DNA of 34,995 nucleotides from Cytophagales bacterium (lineage in GTDB: Bacteria; Bacteroidota; Bacteroidia; Cytophagales; Cyclobacteriaceae), in NCBI GenBank assembly GCA_038241465.1, contig JBBRFP010000001.1:1-34995 (forward strand). The letters run 5' to 3'. Below, one piece after another: positions 17,785 through 26,761 of the stretch; the stretch's first letter is position 1; every line of letters starts with the position of its first letter. Made by a program: the position numbers and the translations under genes. A model generated the notes under the pieces. The model made no database searches. It saw nothing but the letters and a program-made list of their open reading frames with translations, and was not told the origin of the DNA.

Positions 17785-20568
17785 TTAAAACTTCCAGATA
17801 ACACCCAGCGTGGTGTATTGACCCCATTTATAGGATTGAATTACATCATCCTTATCAGTGTTGATCTTACCATCTCTGTTTGAGTCTTGATAAATTCGAT
17901 AAGGCTGATTCAAAAGATCCTGAATACCAAATCTCAATTCAAAATGCTCAGACAACTTTTTAGAGACCGTGATATCAATCTGATTTCTTGAAAGCTCATA
18001 CTGATTTGGATTATCCAGATCTCCGACTGCAAAGATCCTATCTCCAATTACGTTGTACTGAATACTTGCTTCCCATCCGTTATTAAGACCAGCGTAGTAG
18101 ACTCCAGCGTTTGCAACGAATGGAGATTGCCCCTGCATCGCGCGGCTCCGCTCAAGATTAAGTTTTGAAGCAGGCAAAACAATTTCACTCTTTATCAAAG
18201 CTCCGTTGAGTACTAGCGTAAGGCGTTGAAGGAATTGCGAAGCTGAGTTTTGTAACGATTTTCTTACTTCGGCTTCTACTCCGTAAGTAGTCGCACCATC
18301 AGCATTAACATATCCATATCTGAGGTTGGATCCGGGAGCAAGATATTGTTCGATCGGATCCTGGAACTTCTTGTAAAAAACTCCAACAGAAATTTTTTCT
18401 GGCTTGGTGGGGTAGAATTCCCAACTTAGATCGATGTTGTCAATTCTGGCTGTCGTCAAATCAGGGTTTCCGAAAATATCAGCGTTTCTGTCAAAGTCGT
18501 AATAATTAAATGGAGCAAGTTCACGGAATACCGGACGATTAACAGTCTTGCTATAAGCCACCCTTAACAACATCTTCTCAGTAAGACTAAAAGAAAGGTT
18601 GGCAAAAGGCATTGGCACAACAATATTGTTATCCACCTTTCTTATTCTGATTCCTGTTTCGCTATAAACATCTAGTTGTTGAGTGTTATCTTCTATTCGA
18701 AGTCCTGCAGACAATCTAAATTTAGTTGCAAATGGAGTTACGATTCCAGCGTACCCAGCAATCAGACGGTTATGTCCATCGTAGCGATCGTAATTATCAG
18801 GACCTACGTTAGTACCTTCTGAGAGTAAAAAGGATGTACCAAGAGTCTCAGAAGTAAATATCTGATCAAAGGGCCGTCTCGTTAAGGCTAGATCGATTGA
18901 GTTAACATTAGCCCATGAATTTGAGACCCACCGTGCGTTGAATGTCCTGTCCTTCTGCTCAAGGTAATAACCAGTAATAAATTTCGCCTGCTTGTCTTCA
19001 TCGGCTGACGGATTCAGCTTGATCTCGACGTTTCCTGCGGCTGAATAAGATTTTTCGTTAAGCTTTGAATCAAATCGTCCATCCTGCGCGCTGGCAGAGG
19101 ATGGAATGACAATGGAAAAATCGTCTGTTCCTCCAGTCGATCTTTGAGATCGCCCTCTGCGGTAATTTGGCTGATCTGCATTTGTGTTATTAAATCCGAA
19201 TATCCAGTTAAAATTAACGGCATCTGACATTGCGTGTCTACCGGAAAGTTGTCCCGAATAAATTCCACGAGATAAATAATTGAATGATTGATTTCTAACA
19301 TCGTATCCAATAGCATTTTCCGTTCCTGTTCTGAACGTCGATTGATCTAGCCCTTGCTGGTTGTAAAAATTTCTAAACTCAATTCGGTGAGATGGATTGA
19401 AGTGGAAAGTGAAATTACTCACAACACCTAATCTTCTGGTTTGCGTGTAACGTGTATCGATGTATTTGAAACGTGGATTAGTTGCATCATAAAAATTATT
19501 GATAGCGCCATCAATGTACTGATTGGTTGATGCGTAGCTGATGGATGAAATATTATCCAGTTTTTTACTGCCAATAGGGATCGAGCGGGCAAAATCAAAA
19601 TTTACCCGAAGATCTGGGGAGGCTGTTACACTTCTTGACAACCAAGGATTTCCAACATTCCTTGTTGCAGTATTCAAATTGGCATCACCCGCTTGCAATG
19701 CACGGATATTTGATGGGAATCCTGCAGGCAGGTCCCTTGAGCCATCGTTTCCTCCGACCCAGTCCGACGAGCCGTTGTCTTTGCTTAACATAGCCGACTG
19801 ACCGGTTGTGCCTGAACGAAAACTTCCTTGTATAGAAAGTGAAGTAAAATTTTCTTCAACAATACTTTTTGTAAAGATGCTCACATCCGCTCCTGCGAAT
19901 TCCCCTGGAAGTTCAGGTGATCCTGATTTATAAACGAGCATGCGATCCAGCATGTTACTTGGAATTAAATCAAAAGCAAATGCCTTTGAATCTACTTCCG
20001 AACTGGGAGCAATAATCCCATTTAACGTTACCGTGCTATACCGTTCGCTCAATCCTCGTACATTCACAAAGCGTCCTCCTACAATCGTAACCCCTGGAAC
20101 TCTCCGTATAACTTGTGCCGCATCACGATCCTGTGACATTCTTATTTGCTGGGATGAAATTCCGACGGCAACAAGGTCCGCCGATTTCAATTCCGTCATA
20201 ACTGCTACATCGGTATTGGTAAGGCGACCGGCAGATACAACAATACTTTCCAATACTTGAGAATCTTCTTTGATGGATGTATTGATAACGGTTGTCTGGT
20301 CGGGATATACTTCGACATTGGGAATTGTTTTTGATGTATACGACACAAACGTTATCACAACTGAATATGTACCGGCTTTCACTTTAGGAATGGCAAAGCT
20401 TCCTTCTAGGTCTGTTGAAGTGCCGATAGTCGTGCCTTCAATAACAACGTTCGCCCCTATTATAGGCTCACCAGTCACTTCATCCTTAATCATCCCCTTG
20501 ATCGTTCCGACCTGGGCGACAGCAAAATACGCAATAAGGGAGAAGAGGAGGGTAAATGCTTTACGCAT
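17785..20568 (-). CDS. TonB-dependent outer-membrane receptor (non-SusC type) with an N-terminal carboxypeptidase-regulatory-like domain
   Basis: Signal peptide; GEPIIGANV N-domain; plug motifs RRVPGVT, VRGLSERY and DLIPSNMLDR; NRPVFRELAPF; GNPDL; C-terminal aromatic strand (GVIWKF). Confidence 0.95.
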   Translation of the reverse strand: MRKAFTLLFSLIAYFAVAQVGTIKGMIKDEVTGEPIIGANVVIEGTTIGTSTDLEGSFAIPKVKAGTYSVVITFVSYTSKTIPNVEVYPDQTTVINTSIKEDSQVLESIVVSAGRLTNTDVAVMTELKSADLVAVGISSQQIRMSQDRDAAQVIRRVPGVTIVGGRFVNVRGLSERYSTVTLNGIIAPSSEVDSKAFAFDLIPSNMLDRMLVYKSGSPELPGEFAGADVSIFTKSIVEENFTSLSIQGSFRSGTTGQSAMLSKDNGSSDWVGGNDGSRDLPAGFPSNIRALQAGDANLNTATRNVGNPWLSRSVTASPDLRVNFDFARSIPIGSKKLDNISSISYASTNQYIDGAINNFYDATNPRFKYIDTRYTQTRRLGVVSNFTFHFNPSHRIEFRNFYNQQGLDQSTFRTGTENAIGYDVRNQSFNYLSRGIYSGQLSGRHAMSDAVNFNWIFGFNNTNADQPNYRRGRSQRSTGGTDDFSIVIPSSASAQDGRFDSKLNEKSYSAAGNVEIKLNPSADEDKQAKFITGYYLEQKDRTFNARWVSNSWANVNSIDLALTRRPFDQIFTSETLGTSFLLSEGTNVGPDNYDRYDGHNRLIAGYAGIVTPFATKFRLSAGLRIEDNTQQLDVYSETGIRIRKVDNNIVVPMPFANLSFSLTEKMLLRVAYSKTVNRPVFRELAPFNYYDFDRNADIFGNPDLTTARIDNIDLSWEFYPTKPEKISVGVFYKKFQDPIEQYLAPGSNLRYGYVNADGATTYGVEAEVRKSLQNSASQFLQRLTLVLNGALIKSEIVLPASKLNLERSRAMQGQSPFVANAGVYYAGLNNGWEASIQYNVIGDRIFAVGDLDNPNQYELSRNQIDITVSKKLSEHFELRFGIQDLLNQPYRIYQDSNRDGKINTDKDDVIQSYKWGQYTTLGVIWKF

Positions 20569-20589
20569 AGTAGTTTATTTAATCGACTG

Positions 20590-20645
20590 CAAAGGTCGAT
20601 GTCTTATATTACCCGGTCACTTCTGTTATGTTACGGAATTGTTAA
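20590..20645 (-). promoter_or_regulatory. TonB receptor promoter: degenerate -7 box plus 11-bp-phased direct repeats (Pho-box-like)
   Basis: Minus-strand TTAACA (20640-20645), GTAACA (20629-20634) and GTAATA (20607-20612), then GACCTTTG (20590-20597). Confidence 0.65.
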
Positions 20646-20656
20646 ACCGAATCTCC

Positions 20657-20691
20657 AAAAACGAACTTTTTTGAGCCCAGGAGTTCGTTTT
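20657..20691. terminator. Terminator-like hairpin upstream of the TonB receptor promoter
   Basis: aaaacgaact (20658-20667) pairs perfectly with agttcgtttt (20682-20691) over 10 bp; T-runs end the stem on both strands. Confidence 0.55.
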
Positions 20692-21024
20692 AATAGAGGT
20701 GATCGGCACTTAATCCCAATGATTATGAAGGTATTAGGCATTGCTTTCGCAATAACATTCTGTTAAAGAATTGGTAATGAAATTAAAGTTTGGTTAATAG
20801 GAGACCATCCGGCGGTATTTTTAACACCGCTGCCAATCAGTTGGTCAGGCAAATCGCCAAAGGGTATTCTCTGGAAATAGGTCTAAAAAATTACGATCGC
20901 AAAGGGGTCAGTCTACCCTATAGATCTTATTGTGCGAACTCAGCCTTTATTCAAGGCTTGGTCAGAAACACAACCACCACTTAAATTCTACCGTTTACAT
21001 TTTACAATTGCGTATTGTCAATCA

Positions 21025-22014
21025 CTACTTATTGATAGGGACCTTTGAAAGAATCGCCTTAATAATATCGATCGTCCTCACATTATCTGCTTCCGCTTCG
21101 TAATTGAGAATTATACGGTGATTCAGGACATCACGCGCCACTTCTTTGATGTCTTCGGGTAATACGTAATCACGGCCTTCGAGGTACGCAGCTGCTTTTG
21201 AGGCAAGATTAAGATTGATACTGGCGCGGGGTGATGCTCCGAACTGAATATACTGTGCCTCTTTATCCAATTTATATTCCTTTGGATTACGAGTCGCACT
21301 AACCAGTTCAATAATATATTTTTCAAGTGAATCAGAAATTTTAATCTTATTCACTTCACTGCGAATTGAAAAGATATCGTCCTTAGTAAGGACCTGATTG
21401 ACACTATAGTCATATTGAAGATTCGATATCCTCCGCATGATTTCAAGTTCCTGTTCCTTGGTTGGATAGTCGACGAATACCTTCATCATGAAACGATCAA
21501 CCTGTGCTTCGGGCAAAGGGTATGTTCCTTCATTCTCAACAGGATTCTGTGTAGCCAGAACAAGGAATGGTTTGTCTAGGGTAAAGGTGGTTTCACCGAT
21601 TGTTACTGTTTTTTCCTGCATCGCTTCCAGCAAGGCAGACTGAACTTTTGCAGGAGAACGATTGATTTCATCTGCAAGGATAATATTTGCGAAAATCGGA
21701 CCTTTCTTTACTTCAAACTTTCCATCTTTTTGATTGTATATCATTGTACCCACAAGATCAGACGGTAATAGATCCGGCGTGAACTGGATGCGCTGAAAAT
21801 CAAGATGCAATACCCTTGCAACCGTTGAAATGGTCAATGTCTTTGCCAGTCCCGGAACACCTTCAAGCAGAACGTGTCCGTTTGTAAAAAGTCCTATCAA
21901 AAGCCTGTTCACCATGTACTCCTGCCCCACGACCACCTTGGCTACTTCAGAATATACCTGGCTTATTTTTCTGCGATGATCCTGTTGTTGTTCAGTTGTT
22001 GTTTCCAATGCCAT
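21025..22014 (-). CDS. moxR: MoxR-family AAA+ ATPase
   Basis: Motifs HVLLEGVPGLAKT (Walker A), RIQFTPDLLPSD, ILADEINR (Walker B), ATQNPVE.EGTYPLPEAQ.DRF and GASPRA. Confidence 0.95.
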   Translation of the reverse strand: MALETTTEQQQDHRRKISQVYSEVAKVVVGQEYMVNRLLIGLFTNGHVLLEGVPGLAKTLTISTVARVLHLDFQRIQFTPDLLPSDLVGTMIYNQKDGKFEVKKGPIFANIILADEINRSPAKVQSALLEAMQEKTVTIGETTFTLDKPFLVLATQNPVENEGTYPLPEAQVDRFMMKVFVDYPTKEQELEIMRRISNLQYDYSVNQVLTKDDIFSIRSEVNKIKISDSLEKYIIELVSATRNPKEYKLDKEAQYIQFGASPRASINLNLASKAAAYLEGRDYVLPEDIKEVARDVLNHRIILNYEAEADNVRTIDIIKAILSKVPINK

Positions 22015-22130
22015 ACCTGTTTATTCAAAGAAATTAACCACAATATTAAGGATTTGACTTTTAAAAACTGAAATAAGCCTCAAAGGTTATTCGATCGGCA
22101 AAACGGGGGTCTGTCTGCCGATAAGATTGG

Positions 22131-23501
22131 TCAAAACGGAATGATCTCCGTACCTCGTGGGTTCATCAGGTAAGAATTGACCAGATTTTGTACCACCCGG
22201 TTGTCCTTACTTATTTTGATATAATTTTTAGCAGCTTCAAAATCCGTAATCGCCACGTCCTCGCTCAAAAATCCAAAGCCCAGGTAATTTCCCTTCTCCA
22301 CCAGAATAAGTGATCGCTCTTCTGTTTTTCTGCCCTTACCTATGATTGCTAGGGTTTCTCCGTCACCAAAAAATGAGTCAATGGATTGTTGCATCCGCTG
22401 ATTATACTCCTCGGGTGTCTCTACCTCCGAACATGCTCCTTTACACGCACCGGATTGATGTGCATAGCAAGGGCCTTTCGCAGTTTGAAGTCCTGACAGC
22501 TTCGGACACAGTTCTTGTACTTTTACTTTCTCCCAAAGAAAACTCCAGGCATCGCTCTTTGAGCTGAAGGTTATCAATGGCTTTGAGTTTTTACTAACCG
22601 TGTTCACCACAAATCTCAAGTATCCTTTTTGATCCTGATATTCATAAATCCCCCATTCTTCCAATTTGTACTTTTGCGCAAGATTATATTTAGGCCATAG
22701 CTTTCGAATCTCCTGCGATTCAAGAATAAGGGCTATTAATTCATTTCCCGTAAGCTCATAATGAATATGGTGAATTTCATTTCTGATGTTCGATCTGTTC
22801 CACTCACGTGCATCACCGGAGAAGTGGCCTGCAATTCTTTTTTTAATATTTATTGCTTTGCCGACGTAGATAATATTGCCATGCGCATCATGAAAATAAT
22901 ACACACCGGCCTTTGCGGGTAACTTGTCAAATTCTTCTTTGGCAAGATTTGGCGGAAGAATCGTTTCTCCAGAACCGCGCTTAAGCGCTTTGCTAATTAT
23001 TCCTTCACTATCACGTTTAAGATAAATATCAAAAATTTTTGCCGTGGCTTCCGCGTCACCACCTGCGCGGTGACGATCAAGTATCCTTATTCCAAGACTT
23101 TCAGCAAGCCGTCCAAGACTATAAGAATCCAATCCTGGAATTATTTTTCTGCCAAGCCTCACGGTACAAAGTTTTCGCGGAGCCCATTGAATGCCCGCAT
23201 CCTCAAACTCTTTTTTTAAAAAACTATAGTCAAAGTGTGCATTGTGAGCTACGAAAATCCGGTCTTTTAACCATCCGTGAATCTCTTTTGCAATTTCTTC
23301 GAAGGAAGGTGCATTCTTCACCATCTCGTTGGTGATTCCCGTCAAACCCGTGATAAAATCAGGTACGTTGCGTCCCGGATTCAATAATGTTTGAAAACTA
23401 CCCGTTATCTTTTGCCCATCGTGATGATACACGGCTATTTCGGTTACGCGGTGATTGTCCGCATATCCGCCTGTCGTCTCAATGTCTACAATGGCATACA
23501 T
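22131..23501 (-). CDS. DEDDh 3'-5' exonuclease (DnaQ-like) fused to a UvrC/Cho-like GIY-YIG domain
   Basis: Exonuclease motifs DIETTG, VAHNAHFD and HRAGGDA; GVYYF...IIYVGKA...KRI; Cys cluster (LCPKL, PCY, ACKGAC). Confidence 0.9.
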   Translation of the reverse strand: MYAIVDIETTGGYADNHRVTEIAVYHHDGQKITGSFQTLLNPGRNVPDFITGLTGITNEMVKNAPSFEEIAKEIHGWLKDRIFVAHNAHFDYSFLKKEFEDAGIQWAPRKLCTVRLGRKIIPGLDSYSLGRLAESLGIRILDRHRAGGDAEATAKIFDIYLKRDSEGIISKALKRGSGETILPPNLAKEEFDKLPAKAGVYYFHDAHGNIIYVGKAINIKKRIAGHFSGDAREWNRSNIRNEIHHIHYELTGNELIALILESQEIRKLWPKYNLAQKYKLEEWGIYEYQDQKGYLRFVVNTVSKNSKPLITFSSKSDAWSFLWEKVKVQELCPKLSGLQTAKGPCYAHQSGACKGACSEVETPEEYNQRMQQSIDSFFGDGETLAIIGKGRKTEERSLILVEKGNYLGFGFLSEDVAITDFEAAKNYIKISKDNRVVQNLVNSYLMNPRGTEIIPF

Positions 23502-23591
23502 GGTTCGAAGTTAGTAACGCAAGGGCTCTGTTAAAAATTCTGACAAGAGGTATTTTGTTTCAATGGCCGACTTCCTCCGTGAATTTGCGCT

Positions 23592-23721
23592 GAAGGCGCC
23601 TACGTTTGCTTTGTAAAACTATGACGCTATGTGTTTAGTTTTTTCACGTATAAAAATATTTTTAAGCACGTAGAAACATAGCATTTGCTTTTGCTTCTAT
23701 CAAAAAAAGGTAGGCGCCTTC
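23592..23721. repeat. 130-bp palindromic element (MITE/REPIN-like)
   Basis: Perfect 12-bp terminal inverted repeat gaaggcgcctac / gtaggcgccttc; inner arms gctatgt / acatagc; central taaaaatattttta palindrome. Confidence 0.6.
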
Positions 23722-23790
23722 GGAAGAGTTAAACGGCAAAAATGCCATATGATCTGAATTTTTTTGCATCTTCAGTTCTAAATTCTATTC

Positions 23791-24144
23791 ATGAATGCGA
23801 TCATTCGTTTCCTTCTTTCCGGTGTTGCGGTAATGCTCACGGCTTATCTCCTGCACGGTGTGCATGTTGAGGATTATTGGGCGGCATTGCTTGTGGCGAT
23901 TCTGATCTCATTTTCAAACGTGATTATCAAGCCTGTTCTGGTAATTCTCACGATTCCTATTACGGTGTTTACACTTGGGCTCTTCCTGCTGGTCATCAAT
24001 GCTTTAATCATTTTGATCGTCGACTATTTTGTTGATTCGTTTACAGTTGACGGATTCTGGTGGGCTCTTGCTTTTAGTCTCATTCTGTCAATTTTTAATA
24101 GTCTTTTCAGCGACCTCACAAAAGACAAGAAGGATCCTAGATAG
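23791..24144 (+). CDS. 4-TM 'phage holin family' membrane protein (YvlD/DUF360-like)
   Basis: Motifs N..IKPVL..LTIP.T..TLGLFLLVINA and VDGFWWAL. Confidence 0.88.
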   Translation: MNAIIRFLLSGVAVMLTAYLLHGVHVEDYWAALLVAILISFSNVIIKPVLVILTIPITVFTLGLFLLVINALIILIVDYFVDSFTVDGFWWALAFSLILSIFNSLFSDLTKDKKDPR

Positions 24145-24253
24145 TCCATCAATTGATGTAGTCTGTGGCGTTGATCAATGCCATCCATCACACTTCCCAT
24201 TTTAGGGATCGTTATTTTAAATAATTTCACATATACCTCACTTTGATCCTAAC

Positions 24254-26602
24254 ATGAAAAAGATGATTTTCCTTTTACTGATTGGCTTTGCTTCACAGGC
24301 ACAACAGCTTGCCCCGCTCACAGTTGAAAAGATCATGCGCGATCCGAAATGGATTGGAGTTTCTCCGACGAATTTTTTCTGGAGTGAGGACAGCAAACAA
24401 CTTTACTTTAACTGGAATCCGGATAAAAATCAAGGGGACTCGCTTTACACAATTTCTCGTACAAATCGGACGCCCCAAAAGGTCAGCCCATCGCTGAGGA
24501 GAAGTTTACCATCACAAAACGGTACCTACAATCGTGCCCAAAACAAAAAACTCTATGAAAAGAACGGGGATGTTTTTCTTCTTGACATTGTGACTGGGAA
24601 TATTACACAAATAACCTCAACAAATGACCGGGAATCCAATCCATCATTTTCTTTCGACGAGCGAAAAATCATGTTCACTGCAAACTCGAATCTGTTTAGC
24701 TGGGAGATTGGTTCCGGCAGTTTTGCTCAACACACTGATTTTAAAAAAGGCACTAAAAAATCTGATTCAAAACTAAATGATCAAGAGAAATGGTTAAAGG
24801 CAGATCAGCTTGCCTATTTCCAGGTATTGCGTGAACGCAATGCAAACAAAAGAGCTAGCGAAAAAAACCAGAAAGCTGATCGACCTCGTCGGGCAAAAGA
24901 AATATACATCGAGGAAAATAATGTTGACCAGATACAACTCAGTCCAGATGGCAAGTTTATTACCTACCGCCTGTCAAAACAAAGCCCTGCGAAAAGTACG
25001 ATCGTACCGAATTATGTAACAGAATCAGGGTTTACAGAAGACATTCCTGCGCGGACAAAAGTTGGTGGTGCGCAAGGCACGTCTGAGTTGTGGGTCTATT
25101 CTATTGATAAAGACACTGTGTTGTCTGTGAAGACGAGCGATATCCCAGGCATCCTTGACCTGCCCGATTACAAAAAAGATTATCCTGCAAAAGTTTTAAA
25201 AAATGATAACGCAAAGGAAAAAAAACCTGAAAACCGCGCCATTACAATTCAAGGCCCGGTATGGAGTGTGGACGGCAAGAACAATGTAGTAGTTGCACGC
25301 GCGCAGGACAACAAGGATCGTTGGCTCTTATCGCTTGACGTTGCTACTCAAAAAATGAAAGTAATCGACCGGCTTCATGATGACGCCTGGATTTCAGGCT
25401 TTGGATTTGGCGGCAGCAATTTCGGATGGATGAACAATAATCAAATATGGTTTCAATCCGAGGAGTCTGGCTACGCTCACCTATATACCTATGATTTCAC
25501 AAATGGAAAGAAGCAGGCATTAACCTCGGGTAACTACGAAGTACAGCAGGTTGAACTCTCAAATGAAAAGAAATTCTTTTACATCACTACAAATGAATTT
25601 CATCCCGGAGAAAAGCAATTTTATAAGCTTCCGGTTAGTGGTGGAAAAGCAGAAAGACTGACAACGCTTACTGGCGCAAATGAATCCACCCTTTCACCCG
25701 ATGAAAAGTGGATTGCTATCCGATATTCATTCAGCAATAAGCCATGGGAACTTTACCTTCAGGAAAATAAGCCAGGGGCAAAACCTTTGCAGATTACAAA
25801 TTCAATTTCCAGTGAGTTCAAATCATACAATTGGCGAGAGCCGGAACTGACAACATTTAAGGCACGTGATGGAGCAGATGTTTATACCCGCGTATTCAAA
25901 CCAGCAAATCCAAATGGTGCAGCGGTGATTTTCGTTCATGGAGCAGGTTATCTTCAGAATGCTCATAAATGGTGGAGTAGTTATTTCCGCGAATATATGT
26001 TCCACAATTTATTGACCGATCAGGGATATACTGTTCTTGATATGGATTATCGTGCAAGTGCAGGGTACGGACGGGACTGGCGCACGGGCATCTATCGTTT
26101 CATGGGCGGAAAAGATCTTACGGACAACGTAGATGGCGCCAAATGGCTTGTTGATAAGTATGGCATTGATCCAAAACGAATTGGGATCTATGGAGGATCA
26201 TACGGCGGTTTCATTACATTGATGGCATTATTCACAACGCCTGATGTATTTGCGGCAGGAGCAGCATTGCGGCCCGTGACTGACTGGGCTCATTATAATC
26301 ATGGTTATACAGCAAGCATATTAAATGAACCGACGTTGGATAGGATCGCTTATGCGAAAAGCTCTCCGTTATATTATGCTGATGGACTGAAGGGGCATCT
26401 TCTTATTTGTCATGGAATGGTTGATACCAATGTTCATTTTGAAGATGCGGTTCGTTTACAACAACGCCTTATCGAATTGGGCAAGGACAATTGGGAGCTT
26501 GCTGCCTATCCAATGGAAGATCATGGATTTGTCGAGCCCAGCAGTTGGACAGATGAGTATAAAAGGATACTGAAATTGTTTGATGAGAATTTAAAGAAAT
26601 AG
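24254..26602 (+). CDS. Secreted S9-family peptidase (DPP-IV-like propeller plus alpha/beta hydrolase)
   Basis: Signal peptide; GIYGGSYGG (Ser), HGMVDTNV (Asp) and EDHGF (His). Confidence 0.93.
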   Translation: MKKMIFLLLIGFASQAQQLAPLTVEKIMRDPKWIGVSPTNFFWSEDSKQLYFNWNPDKNQGDSLYTISRTNRTPQKVSPSLRRSLPSQNGTYNRAQNKKLYEKNGDVFLLDIVTGNITQITSTNDRESNPSFSFDERKIMFTANSNLFSWEIGSGSFAQHTDFKKGTKKSDSKLNDQEKWLKADQLAYFQVLRERNANKRASEKNQKADRPRRAKEIYIEENNVDQIQLSPDGKFITYRLSKQSPAKSTIVPNYVTESGFTEDIPARTKVGGAQGTSELWVYSIDKDTVLSVKTSDIPGILDLPDYKKDYPAKVLKNDNAKEKKPENRAITIQGPVWSVDGKNNVVVARAQDNKDRWLLSLDVATQKMKVIDRLHDDAWISGFGFGGSNFGWMNNNQIWFQSEESGYAHLYTYDFTNGKKQALTSGNYEVQQVELSNEKKFFYITTNEFHPGEKQFYKLPVSGGKAERLTTLTGANESTLSPDEKWIAIRYSFSNKPWELYLQENKPGAKPLQITNSISSEFKSYNWREPELTTFKARDGADVYTRVFKPANPNGAAVIFVHGAGYLQNAHKWWSSYFREYMFHNLLTDQGYTVLDMDYRASAGYGRDWRTGIYRFMGGKDLTDNVDGAKWLVDKYGIDPKRIGIYGGSYGGFITLMALFTTPDVFAAGAALRPVTDWAHYNHGYTASILNEPTLDRIAYAKSSPLYYADGLKGHLLICHGMVDTNVHFEDAVRLQQRLIELGKDNWELAAYPMEDHGFVEPSSWTDEYKRILKLFDENLKK

Positions 26603-26616
26603 TCCAATCATGCCGA

Positions 26617-26685
26617 AAATATTTTAACCACCTAGGGAGGCACATAGGAATGTAAAAATCATTTTCTATGTGGTTAAAGATATTT
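26617..26685. repeat. Inverted repeat (REP-like), may act as a terminator
   Basis: tttaaccacctag (26623-26635) pairs with ctatgtggttaaa (26666-26678) at 12/13 positions, extended by aaatat / atattt. Confidence 0.6.
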
Positions 26686-26761
26686 AATGCATTGGCTTTC
26701 TCATGTACTGGTAAATTGAGATCAACAGAATTACCTATATCTTTAAGTAAAACCATCTCAC

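Noticed and set aside
20719-20766. Plus-strand mini-ORF MIMKVLGIAFAITFC* resembling a signal peptide
   Set aside because: Only 15 codons in AT-rich DNA, with no convincing continuation in another frame.
20848-20900. GGCAAA...TAGGTCTAA...GATCGC resembling a c-di-GMP-I riboswitch
   Set aside because: It lacks the GNRA-capped P1 stem and the GACGCAAAGC junction, and no plus-strand gene lies downstream to regulate.
20790-20984. 64-aa plus-strand ORF from the track
   Set aside because: TTG start, no recognisable motif, signal or promoter; not supportable as a gene.
23791-24144. 'Phage holin' as evidence for a prophage or lysis cassette
   Set aside because: The YvlD/DUF360-like family is a common chromosomal membrane protein, and no integrase, endolysin or structural phage genes are nearby.
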